From positions 86,780-150,779 of the forward strand of contig JAIESQ010000013.1 of assembly GCA_019745975.1 (NCBI GenBank): 64,000 nucleotides of DNA. Reading direction: 5' to 3'. The notes under the pieces are model-generated. The model did not search any database. It had not been told where the DNA came from and saw only the letters and a program-made list of their open reading frames with translations. The stretch comes from Pirellulales bacterium. GTDB taxonomy: Bacteria; Planctomycetota; Planctomycetia; Pirellulales; JAEUIK01. The translations under genes and the position numbers were made by a program. Positions 62,934 to 64,000 of the stretch are shown in pieces; the first letter of the stretch is position 1, and each line of letters starts with the position of its first letter.

Positions 62934-63197
62934 CTACGATCCGGTGGGCAACTTGAACGGCTTGTTGCGGACCGTCTTGGTCACCGCGCCGCTGCGGAGG
63001 CACTGCGTGCAGACCCGCATCGACTTGCTCGTCCCCTTCACCGTCACGTGCACCCGCTGCAAATTCGGTTGGAACTTACGGGCCGTGATGCCGGTGACCT
63101 TGGTCCCCACGCCGCCGAGGTACTTGGCCTTGCCGCGGGTGGTGACCCGATTGCCGGTTTGGGCCGACTTGCCGCAGACTTCACAAACGCGAGACAT
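62934..63197 (-). CDS. rpmB: 50S ribosomal protein L28
   Basis: The sequence reads MSRVCEVCGKSAQTGNRVTTRGKAKYLGGVGTKVTGITARKFQPNLQRV.... The start at 63197 lies inside the longer track ORF. Confidence 0.9.
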   Translation of the reverse strand: MSRVCEVCGKSAQTGNRVTTRGKAKYLGGVGTKVTGITARKFQPNLQRVHVTVKGTSKSMRVCTQCLRSGAVTKTVRNKPFKLPTGS

Positions 63198-63344
63198 GGC
63201 GGAAAACCTCTTGCGGGGCAGGCGTGCGGGGCGACCAAAAACGAACCGCCGGCCGAACGCAAACGTTTGATAGCAGTAGATTTGAGAACTCGTCAATATA
63301 CCCAGATCGGGGCCGCTCGCAAGGTGGGTCGCGCGAAACGCGAG

Positions 63345-64000
63345 CTACGGAGCGGCCGGGCCGAACTTCATCCCGGCCGCCACCGCATACAGATACGGTC
63401 GAAAGCGATGCAGCGACCCGGCGCGGGTCCGCATCTCCAATTGATAGCGCCGCCCAGCCTGCACGGTTTCGAGAAAGCAGCGTTCCAAACGTGTCCCTTT
63501 GGCCACGGCCGTGCGCATGTACTGGACGCCGAGGAAGTCGCCGATCTGCAATCCCTTGACCGGCTCGGCGAGCGTGAATTTCTTAGCGGCCATCTCGGCC
63601 TCGAGCTGCGACTGCAACTCGGCCACGAAGGCAGCGACATTCTCCGCCGACAAGCTGACGGCGTCTTGCACCTCAGAAACGGTCAGCATGATCGAGGGGT
63701 AGGCGTCGTCCGGCTCAAGCTGAAACATCGCCAGCCGGTCTTTGTTGCGCGGGCCTAGCACCCAGTCGGCCGGCGGGGCGATCGTCAGCCGGCCGTCATC
63801 GAGTGCCGCCAAGGGATCGCCCAGCGGATTGAGCTTCGCGGTATCGATCACTTCGATCGTTGGCTGGGCCGGCGCGCTACTTGCCGCGTCGTGTGATTTC
63901 GCCCAGTCGGCTTGCGAAACGTCGGCTGCCGGTTGCGACGACCCACAGCCGCTCGCCACCAAAAGGACGAACGCGACAAGACGTGAGCCGAGCGCGCCGC
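63345..64000 (-). CDS. putative lipoprotein, 5' end beyond the window
   Basis: Reading upstream of the track start gives ...LVAFVLLVASGC, a lipobox-like signal that continues to the window edge. I recognise no domain in the mature part. Confidence 0.5.
   Translation of the reverse strand, partial: GALGSRLVAFVLLVASGCGSSQPAADVSQADWAKSHDAASSAPAQPTIEVIDTAKLNPLGDPLAALDDGRLTIAPPADWVLGPRNKDRLAMFQLEPDDAYPSIMLTVSEVQDAVSLSAENVAAFVAELQSQLEAEMAAKKFTLAEPVKGLQIGDFLGVQYMRTAVAKGTRLERCFLETVQAGRRYQLEMRTRAGSLHRFRPYLYAVAAGMKFGPAAP

Noticed and set aside
61713-63758. 681-aa plus-strand ORF, the longest unexplained ORF in the track
   Set aside because: It runs antisense across gatA, gatC, rpmB and a lipoprotein gene, all of which are securely identified. 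It is a shadow frame.

Overview
This is 64 kb of high-GC chromosome that looks planctomycete-like. It carries two DUF1501 genes, a PSCyt/DUF1549/DUF1553 giant and several TAT-signal hydrolases; the taxon call is inference. Core genes I recognise are ssrA (tmRNA), pyrE, thiS-thiG, a threonine-aldolase-like gene, a yjbQ-like gene, phnX, gatC-gatA-gatB and rpmB. Also core are a GT2/GT39/PAP2 envelope cluster, a TlpA-like thioredoxin plus glutathione peroxidase pair, and a fused SBP-permease ABC gene. Accessory content: (1) An IS701-like IS (365-1927) with perfect 22-bp inverted repeats and a frameshifted transposase. (2) A roughly 15 kb lower-GC island (about 3.7-18.9 kb) abutting the 3' end of ssrA. 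It holds three tyrosine recombinases, an IS91-type transposase, and a ParB / TraD-VirD4-like ATPase / small-membrane-protein / xis / int block. (3) A lower-GC restriction-modification island (27954-31500) with a Vsr-Dcm fusion, a putative nuclease and a second SPPY methylase. (4) A 0.84 kb toxin-antitoxin-like cassette flanked by a 45-bp duplication of the yjbQ 3' end. (5) vapBC with an extra antitoxin paralog. (6) A REP-associated tyrosine transposase (RAYT) with 14-bp terminal inverted repeats, a REP/REPIN hairpin family at 7 or more intergenic loci, and three further small palindromic repeat families. Many long ORFs in the track are antisense shadows typical of high-GC DNA and were rejected. 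I saw no CRISPR array, rRNA or tRNA. All homology calls come from reading the translations by eye; no searches were run.
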